Counted from the stretch's first letter, positions 51,001 through 63,548 are shown. The stretch is DNA of 64,000 nucleotides from Anolis carolinensis (GCF_035594765.1 NW_026943821.1:13609608-13673607), one strand, 5' to 3'. Made by a program: numbers and translations. Notes: generated by a model not told the origin, from the letters alone.

Positions 51001-54000
51001 TTATTAATATTAAGTTGGTTTTGTAGCACTCTCATTATGGAGAGACACAATGCTTTGAAGCAACAGTCTGTTGCTGTTTCCCCATCTTGAAGACATGGAC
51101 AGAGGTGGGCTCGAACAACAAACATGGCTCATATTTGAATTTATGGCCACCAAAGTTTTGCCCAGGGTTTAGTAACACTAAAGCACTCCTGATTAAGAAC
51201 ATGAACATTCACAGGTTTGCCTTTTTATTCCCCAACAAAACAGAAGTGCTTTGCAAAGGGTTCTTCTTGGGTTTCCTGTCTTGGGCAACACAGTGTAAGT
51301 AATATTTAACATGCAAGCATACACAGGATATAGTGTGAGTAATATTACCCACAACGATTTCATATACACAAATGTGCATACACACACACAGTGATCCAAA
51401 GGCCATCAATTGCATGAAAGAAAATTCTTTACAAAATCGTATAATGTAGATTACTTACAACCACAAAATATCAAACCTGTTTTAAACAAAATATTTTAGA
51501 CATACAAACACACACATATGTTAATCAATATCTGCTCAATTTACATACAGTTAATAGAAGCATGGAACAAAACTTTACCTTGCTTAACTCATCCCCACCC
51601 AACAATGTGCTGAGTTGTTTGGCAGTCTATTGTATTTTACACAGTCTATTATATTTTCACTAGCTGTGCCCGGCCACGCGTTGCTGTGGCGAAGTATGGT
51701 GGTATGGGAAATAAAGTATTGAGGAATTGGTGGTAGTTAAGGTAAAGGGTAAAGTCCATTATAAATAGGTTATATAGCTGTGTGGAAGGGCCTTGAGTCT
51801 ACACTGCCATATAATCCAGTTAAATAAGATAATCTGTATTTTATAGGCAGTGTGGAAGAGGCCTAAGTGAGGCCTAACTCTGCCTGTCCCCTGGGCTGAG
51901 TGGGTTGCTAGGAGACCAAGTGGGCGGAGCTTAGCCTTCTAGCTGGCAGCAATTGGATAAAAACAATTATTCCTTATCCCTCTAATTAGGAATTTATTTT
52001 TCTTTTCTTTTTGTTGTATGAAGAGGATGAGGGGTTGTGCTGGCAAGTTTAGTGTTTCTGGGTTGTGTAGTTTGTTGTTATGTCCTAGGCCGAAATTTCA
52101 TTACCCTTTTATATATATCGATTGAAATGAGAACTCATTTCAGCTAACCAGATCAGATGTGAACAACAATGCTCTTTCTACAATATATTATGAATATAGT
52201 AGCCACTCACATCGGACGTTCAGATTGATAGTTCTTTCTCTGTAGAATTGGCTGGTTCCTGTTCCATAGCGGACAGCACAGGTGATTTTCTGCCCATCGT
52301 CTGATGCTGAGGGAATAAAGTCAAGCACAGAGGTGTAAACCTGGGGTCGCCTTTCAGAGGTCCTTGGTGTGAAATGTCTAAACATCATCTTCCATGAGAT
52401 ATGTGGAGGCTTCAAGACACAACTTCCCGGGACTGTACAAGTGATGTTTACAGGATGGTTTGCCCGAAGATTCCCAGAAACCTCTATTGCTGGATCTTGC
52501 AGTTCTAAGGAAGGAGAAGAAGGGATTTTTATCAGTATTCCCAACAGGCCTGTATCTTCTCACTAGTTGTGGTTCATCTCAGAAGGAACAGAACATTGTT
52601 GTCATTATTTCTGTTCCAGAAGAATATACCGTAATACATTTAGTTTTTTAATCTTTGATGTTCCAGGAGATAAGGAATCAGAAAAGGTAAAGGAGAAAGC
52701 CACTGGATTGCAACCTGGAAACTATTCTATATACAAAAAAGTCAAATAGTAGTTGGCCTCACTTTAGAAGAATCAGGAAGTGGTTTAACTCAAGATTCCT
52801 TTGCAATATTTGTTATGACACAAACATGACCTGCACTGTACATTCACAGACCTAATGGGCATCATTGTGGAAAAGTGTCGCATTTTTAGCAAAAAGCAAG
52901 GCAAGAAAAATGAACACAGATGAGAGGTGAGAGACAAAAGTAGCAGGAGGAATATTTTAATAGCTCCATGGACACATGAAGAGGCTCTGTAGGTTGCCTT
53001 TTTCTTAAGCGTGGGGGGGGGGGTATGCACAAAGGAGGGTATAGGGGTTTGATTTAGGACTAGCCATCTGTGCTTTGAATGCGATTTCCTGCTTCTTGGC
53101 AGGGGGTTGGACTGGATGGCCCATGAGGTCTCTTCCAACTCTACTATTCTATGATTCTATGATTCTATGACTACTTACAATGGCGCAGCGGGTTAAACCG
53201 CTGAGCTGCTGAGCTTGCTGACTGAAAGGTTGGTGAGCTCCCACTATTAGCCCTAGCTTCTGCCAATCAAGTAGTTTGAAAACATGCAAATGTGAGTAGA
53301 TCAATAGGTATCACTTCTGCGGGAAGGTAACAACGCTCCATGCAGTCATGCCAGCTACATGACCTAGGAGGTGTCTATGGACAAAGCCGGCTCTTCGGCA
53401 TAGAAATGGAGATGAGCATCAACCCCCAGAGTCAGACATGACTAAACTTAATGTCAGGGAAAACCTTTACCTTTACCTTACAGTTATGAAAACAGCGTCA
53501 GTTGGAGTTAGAAAGAAACATAAACCCCAACATGACCACTAAAGATTTTTATTCTATTTGCAATACTCTTGGGATTCTGGATATTTGGATGCCCATGGGA
53601 AGCTGGGAGTCTGGGCCTCTTTGTCCAGCTTGCGGTCAAGATTCTCTAAGGACTGTGCACAGGTGGGACCTCCTCTCCCATTCCAAGAGTCTTATAGTCT
53701 TTTAGTCTGTCTCTCTTTAGTGGAAAGATTATACTCATAAGCTTCATTGTCCAGATAATGGAGGACTCCATTATTACAGTGGGAGCCCATTTTTTCAGGC
53801 CTACATTTAGTGAGTATTCAAAAAGATGTCTGCAAATGTTCAGTATTGCCTCTCTAGAGGACCCTAGAGCATCTCAACCAATCAGAAACTACATTTATTT
53901 GGCAGTCCTCTGTAAATTATTGTACATATCTATAAATAAAATGAAATCATTGCCACAGATAAAAAAGGAGATGTTGATTTGAGGATGACACAAGAGTCTC

Positions 54001-54946
54001 CACACTCCTCTGATTCCTTTGCAAATTGAATTCCCGAAAGGTGCACAGGGTCGAAAGCCAAATCATCCTTTCTGCTCTGGAATCGACAGGTGCTTTCCCC
54101 CATTAAACATCTCTTGTTGATCCCAGTGCTCCCTGTTTCACCTTCCTACACTTCTATATTTGTTTGTGTCACAATTATTGTGCACTGCATTTCATGGAAT
54201 GGTTTATTCAGAAGATCATGTTGGCCAAGAGATGGATCTAAGAAGCTGTGAGATGAACATTAGGAGTCATAGCAGCTGCGCTACAACTAGCAGTGAATGT
54301 ATTTGTGTATTTCACTAGAAGCTTTTATGGGAGCCAGATGTTTTTATCACCACTCACCTTTTACATTCACTTGCAGTTCGCTCCGGAAATTAAACTTTGC
54401 TTTAGGATCTTTCTCTATTCTAAAGCAGTAGTTCCCTCCATCATTATTTTGGGCATCATTGATGACAAGAGAACAGTTGCCTTCTTCCACTTCCTCTGAA
54501 AGAAAAAAGCGATTTCGAGCATTTTCTGCTATAGTTTTGTTTGGGTCATTGGTGGCCACTAAAGAAAGCGACTCAAAACAACTTCCCTTGAACCAGTATC
54601 CATACATTTTGGAAGTGCTTCGGGCATCATTTGGGTCATAAGTGAAGTTGCAGGGGATGAAGACACAGAGTCCCTCTTGGACTGTCACAGGTTGGACATA
54701 AAGCGTATATAGTTTTATGTCACACTGTCCACCTGGAAAGAGAGGACAAGAAGCTCAACGATACAGGCAAAGAACACCAGACTTACACCTTCCCCTTACT
54801 GGAAATGATGGGATGATCATTTCCATCTCTGGGCCCAAACTAAGGCCCGGAGGCCGGATCAAAGCTATCTATCCGGCCCCCACGGCACAAGGGCAGAAGA
54901 GGGTTGGGCTAAATGACCCAAGGGGCCTCTTCTTCTTTTACAACCC

Positions 54947-55002
<56 letters not shown>

Positions 55003-55108
55003 ATTGAGGCTGGGTGGCCATCTGTCAGGGGTGCTTTGCTTGTGCTTTTGGTGCACAAAGGCAGAAGGGGGTTGGACTAAATGGCCAAAGGGGTCTCTTC
55101 CAACCCTC

Positions 55109-55165
<57 letters not shown>

Positions 55166-55497
55166 ATTGAGGCTGGGTGGCCATCTGTCAGGGGTGCTTT
55201 GCTTGTGCTTTCGGTGCACAAAGGCAGAAGGGGAATGGACTCAATGGCCCAAAGGGTCTCTTTCAACTCTTTTATTATTGTTGTTATTATTATTATTATT
55301 GCTCGGTGGCCAACTATAGTCCGGCCCTCTAACGGTCCGAAGGATCGTGAACTGGCCCCCTGTTTAAAACGTTTGGGGACTGCTGATCCAGAGAATGGAC
55401 TTCTCTCCCTCTTTTCAGTCTCCTCCCAGTTCTTACCCTCCCAAAAGAGACCAATTGAAAGAAGCCTGAGAACCAAGATTTCAAGGAGGTAATGCAT
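47948..55497 (-). CDS. Siglec-like receptor C (V-set + C2 + linker + I/C2, TM lysine), 449 aa
   Basis: Exons: 55437-55497 signal; 54358-54732 V-set (VTVQEGLCVFIPCNFTY..YGYWFK..VATND..NRFFL..GNCSLVI.DA..D.GNYCFRIE); 52211-52504 C2 (NITCTVPGSC..PPHISW..SVL.F.P...DDGQKITC.V); 50207-50257 linker YPPQ; 49310-49555 Ig (LHCKAKGNPSPNVTW..YKCRAEN); 48345-48420 and 47948-48194 split TM GSIVPLLLVLCLI-K-ALLCFFFFISII. All introns are GT-AG and in frame. Confidence 0.85.
49037..49171. mobile_element. hAT-type palindromic MITE
   Basis: Same family as 10150-10284. Confidence 0.8.
50572..50704. mobile_element. hAT-type palindromic MITE
   Basis: Same family as 10150-10284. Confidence 0.8.
51660..52121 (-). 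mobile_element. Short non-autonomous Helitron in a Siglec C intron
   Basis: Minus strand: A|TCgatatatataaaa ... gccacagcaacgcgtggccgggcacagCTAG|T. Confidence 0.8.
53070..53478 (+). mobile_element. CR1 3' tail followed by a Sauria-type SINE
   Basis: (ATTCTATG)n at about 53146-53170, then the SINE at 53178-53478 with (ACCTTT)n tail. Confidence 0.85.
54828..55385. mobile_element. hAT-like non-autonomous element with tandem CR1-tail-derived units and (TTA)n
   Basis: Ends cccaaactaaggcccg / aacgtttggggac; about three internal units ggccatctgtcaggggtgctttg...gggtctcttccaac separated by (TTA)n. Confidence 0.65.
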
Positions 55498-55632
55498 CTC
55501 TATTTTCTTTTCTTCTTTTATGTTCTCTTCTGGATAGAACTTCAATCTCTTATATCTCTACTGCTTGCTTAAGGACCCTATGACATGGAAAGAATGAGAA
55601 AGAAAAAGAAAGCATTGAAGCAGAAAGAATAA

Positions 55633-56508
55633 TTTATTTATTTATTTATTTATTATTTACAATATTTATATTCCGCCCTTCTCACCCCAAAGGGGACTCA
55701 GGGCGCATCACATAATGTACATATAGGGCAAACATTCAATGCCCATAAACACATCGAACTGAGAGGCTTAAAGAACTGGGCATGTTTAGCCTGCAGAAGA
55801 GAAGGCTGAGAGGAGACATGATAGCCGTGTACAAATATGTGAGGGGAAGTCATAGGGAGGAGGGAACAAGCTTGTTTTCTGCTGCCCTGCAGACTAGGAT
55901 GCAATGGAACAATGGCTTCAAACTACAGGAAAGGAGATTCCACCTGAACATCAGGAAGAACTTCCTCACTGTGAGGGCTGTTCGGCAGTGGAACTCTCTG
56001 CCACAGAGTATGGTGGAGGCTCCTTCTTTGGAGGCTTTTAAGCAGAGGCTGGATAGCCATCTGTCGGGGGTGCTTTGAATGTGATTTCCTGCTTCATGGA
56101 CTGGATGGCCCATGAGGTCTCTTCCAACTCTACTATTCTATGATTCAATGATTCTATGATTCTATGAGACAGAGACAACAGACAGACAGACGCAGAGGCA
56201 ATTTAACCTTCTCCTGAGGGGATGTTCGATTCTGGCCACAGGGGGGAGCAGCTGCTTCATCATCCACTCTGATGGCACTTCCTCATTCCAAGTCATAAAT
56301 TAGTTAAACTTCTATAAGTGGTACCTTATTTCCTACTTGATAGATGCAACTATCTTTCAGGTTGCTAGGTCAGCAACGAGCAGGGGCTATATTTTATTTT
56401 TAATTGACGGGTGCTCACCCCGCCACGGGCTGGCCTCGAACTCATGACCTCATGGTCAGAGTGATTTATTGCAGCAGCTGTTTACCAGCCTGCGCCACAG
56501 CCCGGCCC
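55633..56508 (-). mobile_element. tRNA-derived SINE interrupted by a CR1 3' end (about 55760-56165, +)
   Basis: Head ggggccgggctgtggcgcag at 56508; CR1 RT tail ORF 55782-56078 and (ATTCTATG)n; located directly upstream of the Siglec C ATG. Confidence 0.8.
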
Positions 56509-57849
56509 CAGATATAATGTCTCTTTTCAGGGAATGCTGAAACCAGGAAAATCCCGTATGCCTTACATTAAAAGCACATCTTTTCCTGATGGTTTCTTTC
56601 TGTCAATCCAAAATGGCATACCAGTTTTCCCATGGTTTGAAGATGGGAAAGGATCACCGTCACAACTGCATACTCTGGACAGAGATTTGGCGAGGACACT
56701 TTGGGGCTTCACTTATATTATTTGAATGTTTGTCTCCAAATAAAAAATGGAAGAGAGATCAAGCCCTGGAAGAAATAGAGAGAAGGAGCTCCTCAAAATA
56801 TTAGCAGAGGAAGCAAACTAATATATCAAAAAGGCAATTGACTGAACAATTTTAGGGAACCTGATATCTTGCTGAAGATAACTTACTGTGATTTCAGTGC
56901 TTTCTTATTTGAGACTGTGTAGTTGATTTTGATTTTTGGATGGTTAGCTATTATATCCACCAATTCAATTCTTAGAACCATGTTTTTTTTTCTCTATTTT
57001 TTTTCATCATTTTTAAATGCATTTGTTATGCAATGCTTTTGACACGAAATAAATAAACCCATGTTGATTCTTGCTATGACCATGGAAGAGAATTTATAAC
57101 CCTTTCCTGTCCAGTTGCATATAACTCTCCTCTCCCCACATGTGCTTCTCAAGGAAAGCCCACTGATCTGCTCATAACCTATGATAAAGTCTTGAACAAA
57201 TTGGTAGCATGTTGCTCTTTCTAACTAAGCAAATACATTTTCTCTTTGGTCTCTTATCCATTGCAGGAAAATATCTTAAGCTTTTCATGCTAATGTGATG
57301 GATCACACTCTAACCACTTTAATTTCTTGCTGGCACATTGTTGTATGCTTGAATAAAAACTAATTTAATGTAAAGACAGAAACATGCAAGGGCAGCCTTA
57401 GGACTGGTTTGAGGGCCTCACTCTAAAAGATGGAGTGAATCTATTCTGTCCAGATGACGAGTGTCTAATGCTTTGAGATAGAAAAATCCAGAATTTCGAG
57501 TTCTAATAGTTTGCAGTGTGTCTAAATAATTTTCTGCATCAGCTCCCATGTTTCTGTCTCAATGCACCTCCTATAATTGAGAACAAAACCAAAGTGGGTT
57601 GGCTTTCAAATACTCCTGCTCATCCCCATCCGGATCCCTCAAAATGAACCCCACTCACTTGATGGCGTTGTCCTGCTTGTCTTGAAACAGTTGTCCTCAG
57701 CACATCTTACTCTCCAGATCAGTATTTAGGACTGGAAGAAGGCTCTACAACTACAGCACATTTTAATCAAAAAGGAGAAACTCACGTTATGCAACCTGGG
57801 CAAAACCACTTCCTAATCTCCATTAGGGATGGCTAATACACCAGAAGAC

Positions 57850-59385
57850 AGGAACAGAATTCAAAACTTACTCTTGACACTTTAGAGAGATGATTAGGCA
57901 AAACTAACAAAATGAAGCTCAACAGGGACAAATGCAAGATACTCCACTTAGGCAGAAAAAATGAAATGCAAAGGTACAGAATGGGGGACACCTGGCTTGA
58001 CAGCAATATGTGTGAAAATGATCTTGGAGTCCTTGTGGGGAACAAGTTAAACATGAGCCAACAATGTGATGCGGTAGTTAAAAAAGCTAATGGGATTTAG
58101 GCCTTAATAAATAGGAGTCTAGTGTCTAGATCAGGGGTCCTCAAACTTTTGAAGCAGAGGCCTGGTCCACAAGCCTTCGGACTGTTGAGGGGCCGAATTA
58201 TCATTTGAAAAAAAATACGAACAAATTTCTATGCACACTGCACATGTCTTATTTTGATTGTTGTTCAAAACAGCAACAACAGTAATGAAAGAACAATACA
58301 ATATTTTAAAAGGAAAACAATTTTAACCAACATAAACCTATCAGAATTTCAATTGAAAGTGTGGGCCTGCTTCTAGCCAATAAGATAGTCAAGTTAATTA
58401 GGATTGTTGTTGTTGTGTGCCTTCAAATCATTTCAGACTTTGGCCAAGCTCAAGTCTAAAATTAATTATTTATTTACTGCATTTATTTACTACATTTATA
58501 TCCCACCCTTCTCACCCCGAAGGGGACTCAGAGCAGCTGTATGTACATACGATATATTATATTATTAGCATAGCACAATATTAGCATTATATATTACTAT
58601 ATTGAACTATACCACTATAATGTAATAGTATATGTACTATATAAAATATAATTAATTAATACAATAACATAATATTATTATCAATATTATATGTATATAC
58701 AATATATTATATTATTAAAACTGATATAAACATATTATATTATAAAACTGAGGGCGGGGGCCAAGTAAATGACCTTGGAGGGCTGCATCTGGCCCCCGGG
58801 CCTTAGTTTGGGGACCTCTGGTCTAGATCCAGGGAAGTTGTGCTACCCTTCTATTCTGTCTTGGTCAGACCATACCTGCAATATTGTGTCAAATTCTGGG
58901 CACCGCAGTTGAAGAGAGATATTGACTAGCTGGAATGTGTCCAGAGGAGGGCGACTAAAATGATCAAGGGTCTGAAGAACAAGCCCTATGAGGAGCGGCT
59001 GAAAGAGCTGGGCATGTTTAGCCTGCAGAAGAGAAAGCTGAGAGGAGATGTGATGAGGCCCATGTATCAAGATGTGAGGGGAAGTCATAGGGAGGAGGGA
59101 GCAAGCTTGTTTTCTGCTGCCCTGGGGACTAGGACATGGAACAATGGCTTCAAACTACAGAAAAGATTCCACCTGAACATTAGGAAGAACGTCCTCACTG
59201 TGAGAGCTGTTCAGCAGTGGAACTCTCTGCCCCGGAGTGTGGTGAAGACTCCTTCTTTGGAGGTTTTTAAACAGAGGCTGGATGGCCATCTGTTGGGGGT
59301 GCTTTGAATGCGATTTTCCTGCTTCTTGTCAGGGAGTTGGACTGGATGGCCCACAAGGTCACTTCCAACTCTGTGATTCCATGAC
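57850..59385 (+). mobile_element. CR1 LINE 3' fragment interrupted by a hAT MITE (58132-58820)
   Basis: MKLNRDKCKILHLG..DLGVLV..KAN and IKGL..YEERLKELG..WNSLP; MITE TIR caggggtcctcaaact with 8-bp TSD gtctagat (58124-58131, 58821-58828). Confidence 0.9.
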
Positions 59386-59544
59386 TTTACTTGGGAGAGA
59401 ATTTTTTGAGCAACGTCATTCAAAGAGCAAAACTGTCTCATGCACATATCAACTAAGTCTCTTGAGGTGTTATAACAGCATTTTAGCTGACCATCTCAAA
59501 GATCTGGTCATGAACACCAAAAAACAGAACTTCAGTTTCATGTA

Positions 59545-59710
59545 ACTATAAATCAGGAAGTGGTTTGTATAAATAACTCATTTGCATCATGACCATACTT
59601 CGCATTTTTTCAGCTAGACTGTTTCACTATCTTGCAAATGTTGCCTTTCCATCCTGTATGGTAGAAAGGACTAAGAGTCACTATTTTGAGATAATTTGAT
59701 CAAGGCCACT
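59545..59710 (+). promoter_or_regulatory. Putative promoter of GPR33-like copy 3
   Basis: caggaagtggttt (ETS/RUNX-like) immediately followed by tataaata; homologous to 38855-39019. Confidence 0.5.
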
Positions 59711-60946
59711 CATTATATTGTCGCACAAAGATGATATTCTACACTAGTCACATGATTGTGGGTAATGGCAACATGCTGGGATGACTGCCCTTGCCATTGC
59801 ACCTCTTGGCATTTGCACACCTGCACCAATTCACTGACTTGTGGTCCCACAGCCATACTTCTGCTTTAGTCTCCTAGCAGATTTTCTGTCTGCTTTAGGG
59901 GATCATCATCATCATCACCATCACCATCTGTGGCTGGATCTGAAGATGCCAGCTACAGATGCAGGTGAAACATCAGGAGAAAATGCTGCTAGAAAGCAGT
60001 CATATAGTCCAGAAACCACAAACTGGGAGCACTGAATTTGGGGTGACTATGGGTTTTTTTCTTTGTGTATGGCTAGCCTGCCTTTAAATTTTTCCCCATT
60101 TGCTCTGTCACCTGTCGTGGTAGTGTATCTGGCCATAGTTACACTTTCATATGTGTCAGCACGTATAGAGTAATAGTCATCTCTCTCTTAATCTCTTTCT
60201 CCTCCATCAAGAAGGTGAGTGCAGGCTTTGGTGAGTTAGTCCTCTTTTTGGAAATTTTCTATAGTTTGCCACTGTGGTTAGATATGTTTGAATGTAGCTT
60301 TAAATTTAATTAGTACGGTTTTTAGGTATGCAGTTTGCTTAATACCTATTTGATTTACTTATCTAAAACTAGACTCAGTCTGCATCTACACTGTAAAATG
60401 AATGCAGTTTGACAGCATTTTAACTGTCATGGCTCAATACTATGGAACCATGGGTGTTTTAGTTTTACAAAGTCTACTCTGCCAAAGAGTGCTGATGCCT
60501 CACTAAACTACAAATCTCAAGAAAAACTGCACATCTAAATATCTGATAGCATTGGGTCATAGCCATTACAATAGTGTCAAATTGTATTAATTCTACGATG
60601 TAGATGCACCCTTAGAAAGACCCAACAATTCAGCACTTCCATTTGAAAGTGTATATGAGGCAGAGTCTTTATTGAGTCAGGCTTCATCTTTCTCAGGAAA
60701 AGAGCTAACATTTCAGGAAATCTGCTTCTAATACAACAAAAGCCTAGCGAGTTCAATTATTTTACTCTGAATGCTATATCCACTAAGCACAGAAAACCGA
60801 ATTCAGTATCCTATTTTCTCATCTTCTAGTGTTCTCAGCCTATGTGTTCTTATGCTGGTTTAGTCAACCGTAACCCTTTCTCACCATCTACCTGCAATTC
60901 AGACTTCTTTTCTGTCTTCCTTCAAGGCCTCATAGACACAAGCAGG

Positions 60947-61963
60947 ATGCCCTCTCTCTTGGAGAACACCTCAACTGTAAATATGAACAACAGCCATTTT
61001 CTAGAACCTTTCAAACCCACCAATGTGAGCATCACCATCCTTATCTTGGTGGCTTTTCTGATGGGGACAACTGTGAATGGGCTCTTCCTTTGGATGCTGG
61101 GGCTGAGGATGAAGAAGACAGTCAACACCTTTTGGTTCCACCACCTGATCCTCACCAACTTGATCTCCTGTCTCATTCTGCCCTTCTTTGCTGTCTACGT
61201 CCTTCATGATTTCCACTGGATTCTAGGGACCGTTGTGTGCAAGATTATAAAATCCTTATTTTCAATGGTCATGTTCACTACTGTTTTTCTTCTCACCACC
61301 ATCAGCCTGGACCGGTACTTCTTCATCTGCTATCCTGTTTGGTCTCGGCAGTACCGTACAATTCCCAGAGCAAAGAGACTGGTCACTGGGTTATGGCTCA
61401 GCTCCATAACCCTGAGTATTCCCAGTTTGGTTCTTCTGGAGACTCAAGAGGTGCAGAACAAGATGCAGTGTGATTACACTTTTGTTTTCTCCAAAGATGC
61501 ATCCTTTCACTTAGCTTTCTTCCTGGTTCAGTTCCTGCTAGCCTTCCTGCTTCCTTTCCTCACCATGCTAATATGCTACTGTTGGATCGGTTTTGAATTG
61601 AAGAGGAAGCACTTGGTGAAGACCGGGAAACCTTTCCGAATCCTGGTGACTGCAGTGGCATCGTTTTTCATCTCCTGGCTTCCCTACCACTTCTACAATG
61701 CTTTTCATTCTTTTCGGATAGCATCAGAAAGAACGAATCAGATTCTATGGGATATTGCCGCTGCTGGAGGCTGTTTCAATATTTGTTTCACCCCCATTGT
61801 TTATCTCTTTGTTGGGGAGAAGTTCCATCAGGTTTTCAAGATGCCTGTGATTTCCCTGTTTAGTAAATACTTTGAGGATTATCCTAGGATTCCTGGGGAG
61901 AATACCAACACTGGGCAGGAGCTTGACCATAGCCATGGAGAAACAACCAGAATGCAAAGCTGA
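60947..61963 (+). CDS. GPR33: GPR33-like chemoattractant GPCR copy 3, 338 aa
   Basis: VNGLFLWML..RMKKTVNTFWFHHL, ISLDRY..PVWS..RT, FLL.FLLPF, KPFRILVTAVASFFISWLPYH, FTPIVYLFVGEKF; acceptor tcttccttcaag upstream of ATG 60947. Confidence 0.88.
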   Translation: MPSLLENTSTVNMNNSHFLEPFKPTNVSITILILVAFLMGTTVNGLFLWMLGLRMKKTVNTFWFHHLILTNLISCLILPFFAVYVLHDFHWILGTVVCKIIKSLFSMVMFTTVFLLTTISLDRYFFICYPVWSRQYRTIPRAKRLVTGLWLSSITLSIPSLVLLETQEVQNKMQCDYTFVFSKDASFHLAFFLVQFLLAFLLPFLTMLICYCWIGFELKRKHLVKTGKPFRILVTAVASFFISWLPYHFYNAFHSFRIASERTNQILWDIAAAGGCFNICFTPIVYLFVGEKFHQVFKMPVISLFSKYFEDYPRIPGENTNTGQELDHSHGETTRMQS

Positions 61964-62574
61964 ATCAAGAAAGCAAGTTGTTATGACCACATGTAGGGGT
62001 CACATGTAGACAGAAGGCTAGTTTCTTCATTGTTGTTGTTACCTGATGTCACATTGACTTCCACTTATGGCGATCCCATGATTGAGAGACCTCCAAGATC
62101 TTCAGTCAACAATCCTCTGCTCAGGTCTTACAAACTCAGCTCCATAGGCATAAGTTGAACTTTTCTTTCACCTCTGAGCTTGTTTGCAGCTAAACATCCT
62201 TGCAGTTTCATAATTAAACTCACATACATTCCCAGTAGCTGGCTGAGTGCTTTTCTGACCAGGGAGTTTAATCTTCTGAAACTATATCTTGTTTCATTTT
62301 GGAATATTTCATCATAGGATTTTCAAGATACAAAGCTTCAGGAGTAGTTCATCATTTATGTCTTCTGTACAGTCTTAGCATCTTTAGAGCTAGAGATTCA
62401 CATTCAGGATCATTGCCCAATAGCTGTTTAGAACCTATAGGACTCTATCCCACTGACCTGCTATTCCACTACAATCATACTAGCAGAAATAATGGAAACA
62501 GAGGAAGTAAATGTTGAACTACTCTCGAAGCCTTTTAAATAATGGAAACATTTCTACTACGAACCTACACAATC

Positions 62575-63069
62575 CCTGAGATCTGCGGGAGGCCCTCCTC
62601 TCACTCCCACCACCGTCTCCTACACAGTTGGTAGGGACGAGGGAGAGGGCCTTCTCGGTGGCAGCCCCCGGCTCTGGAACTCCCTCCTGAAGGAAATTAG
62701 ATTAGCCCCCACCTTGGCCACATTCCGGAAAGAGCTGAATACCTGGCTATTTCAATGTGCGTTTGACTGATTCGGCACAAATTGACGGTGTCCTTTCACC
62801 TCCACCTATAACCAGCTATTTCACTTTATTCTGGCACAGCTCAGAGCAAGATACTGCACATAATTAATTTTACTGTCTTACCTCCAACCGTGATTATGTT
62901 CACTGTGCCTAGAAGGCTATTGGTTATTGTATGCTTTTATTGTATTTTATATGACTTTGATTTTATATGTTTATATGTTTAAAATGTACCTTGTTGTTGT
63001 ATTTTGTGGTGTATTTTGGGCTTGGTCCCCATGTGAGCCACCCTGGGTCCTTTCAGGGAAATGGGGTGG
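62575..63069 (+). mobile_element. L2 LINE 3' fragment
   Basis: gggagagggccttctcggtggcagccccc..ctctggaactccctcc (RAFSVAAP.LWNSLP) followed by 3' UTR. Confidence 0.7.
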
Positions 63070-63204
63070 NNNNNNNNNNNNNNNNNNNNNNNNNNNNNNN
63101 NNNNNNNNNNNNNNNNNNNNNNNNNNNNNNNNNNNNNNNNNNNNNNNNNNNNNNNNNNNNNNNNNNNNNNNNNNNNNNNNNNNNNNNNNNNNNNNNNNNN
63201 NNNN
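63070..63204. other. Assembly gap (135 N)
   Basis: Run of N. Confidence 1.
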
Positions 63205-63548
63205 ACAGCAGACAATCTGCTGGCTGTTGAATTGGATCACACGTCAGACACTTCCCAAGTGTCTAGGACTGTGTGATGTATCGGAGAATAATGCGTGCAG
63301 ATCCCAGTAAGGTGGCCTTCTGCAGCTGGCAGGTGGTGATTTTGTCAGCGCCAACTGTGTTTAAGTGCAGGCCAAGGCCTTTAGGCACTGCACCCATTGT
63401 GCCGATCACCACTGGGACCACCTTGACTGGCTTGTGCCAGAGTCTTTGCAGTTCAATCTTTAAATCCTCATATCATGTCAGCGTTTCCAGTTGTTTCTCC
63501 TCAATCCTGATGTCACCTGGGATTGCGACATCGACAATCCATACTTTG
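63205..63548 (-). mobile_element. R4/Dong-clade 3' fragment
   Basis: Homologous to 6230-6700 (IVDVAIPGD..EK..DLKIELQRLWHKPVKVVPVVIG). Confidence 0.8.

Noticed and set aside
54890-55300. Repeat-spacer-like array resembling CRISPR
   Set aside because: Eukaryotic DNA; the units are CR1-tail-derived and the spacers are (TTA)n.
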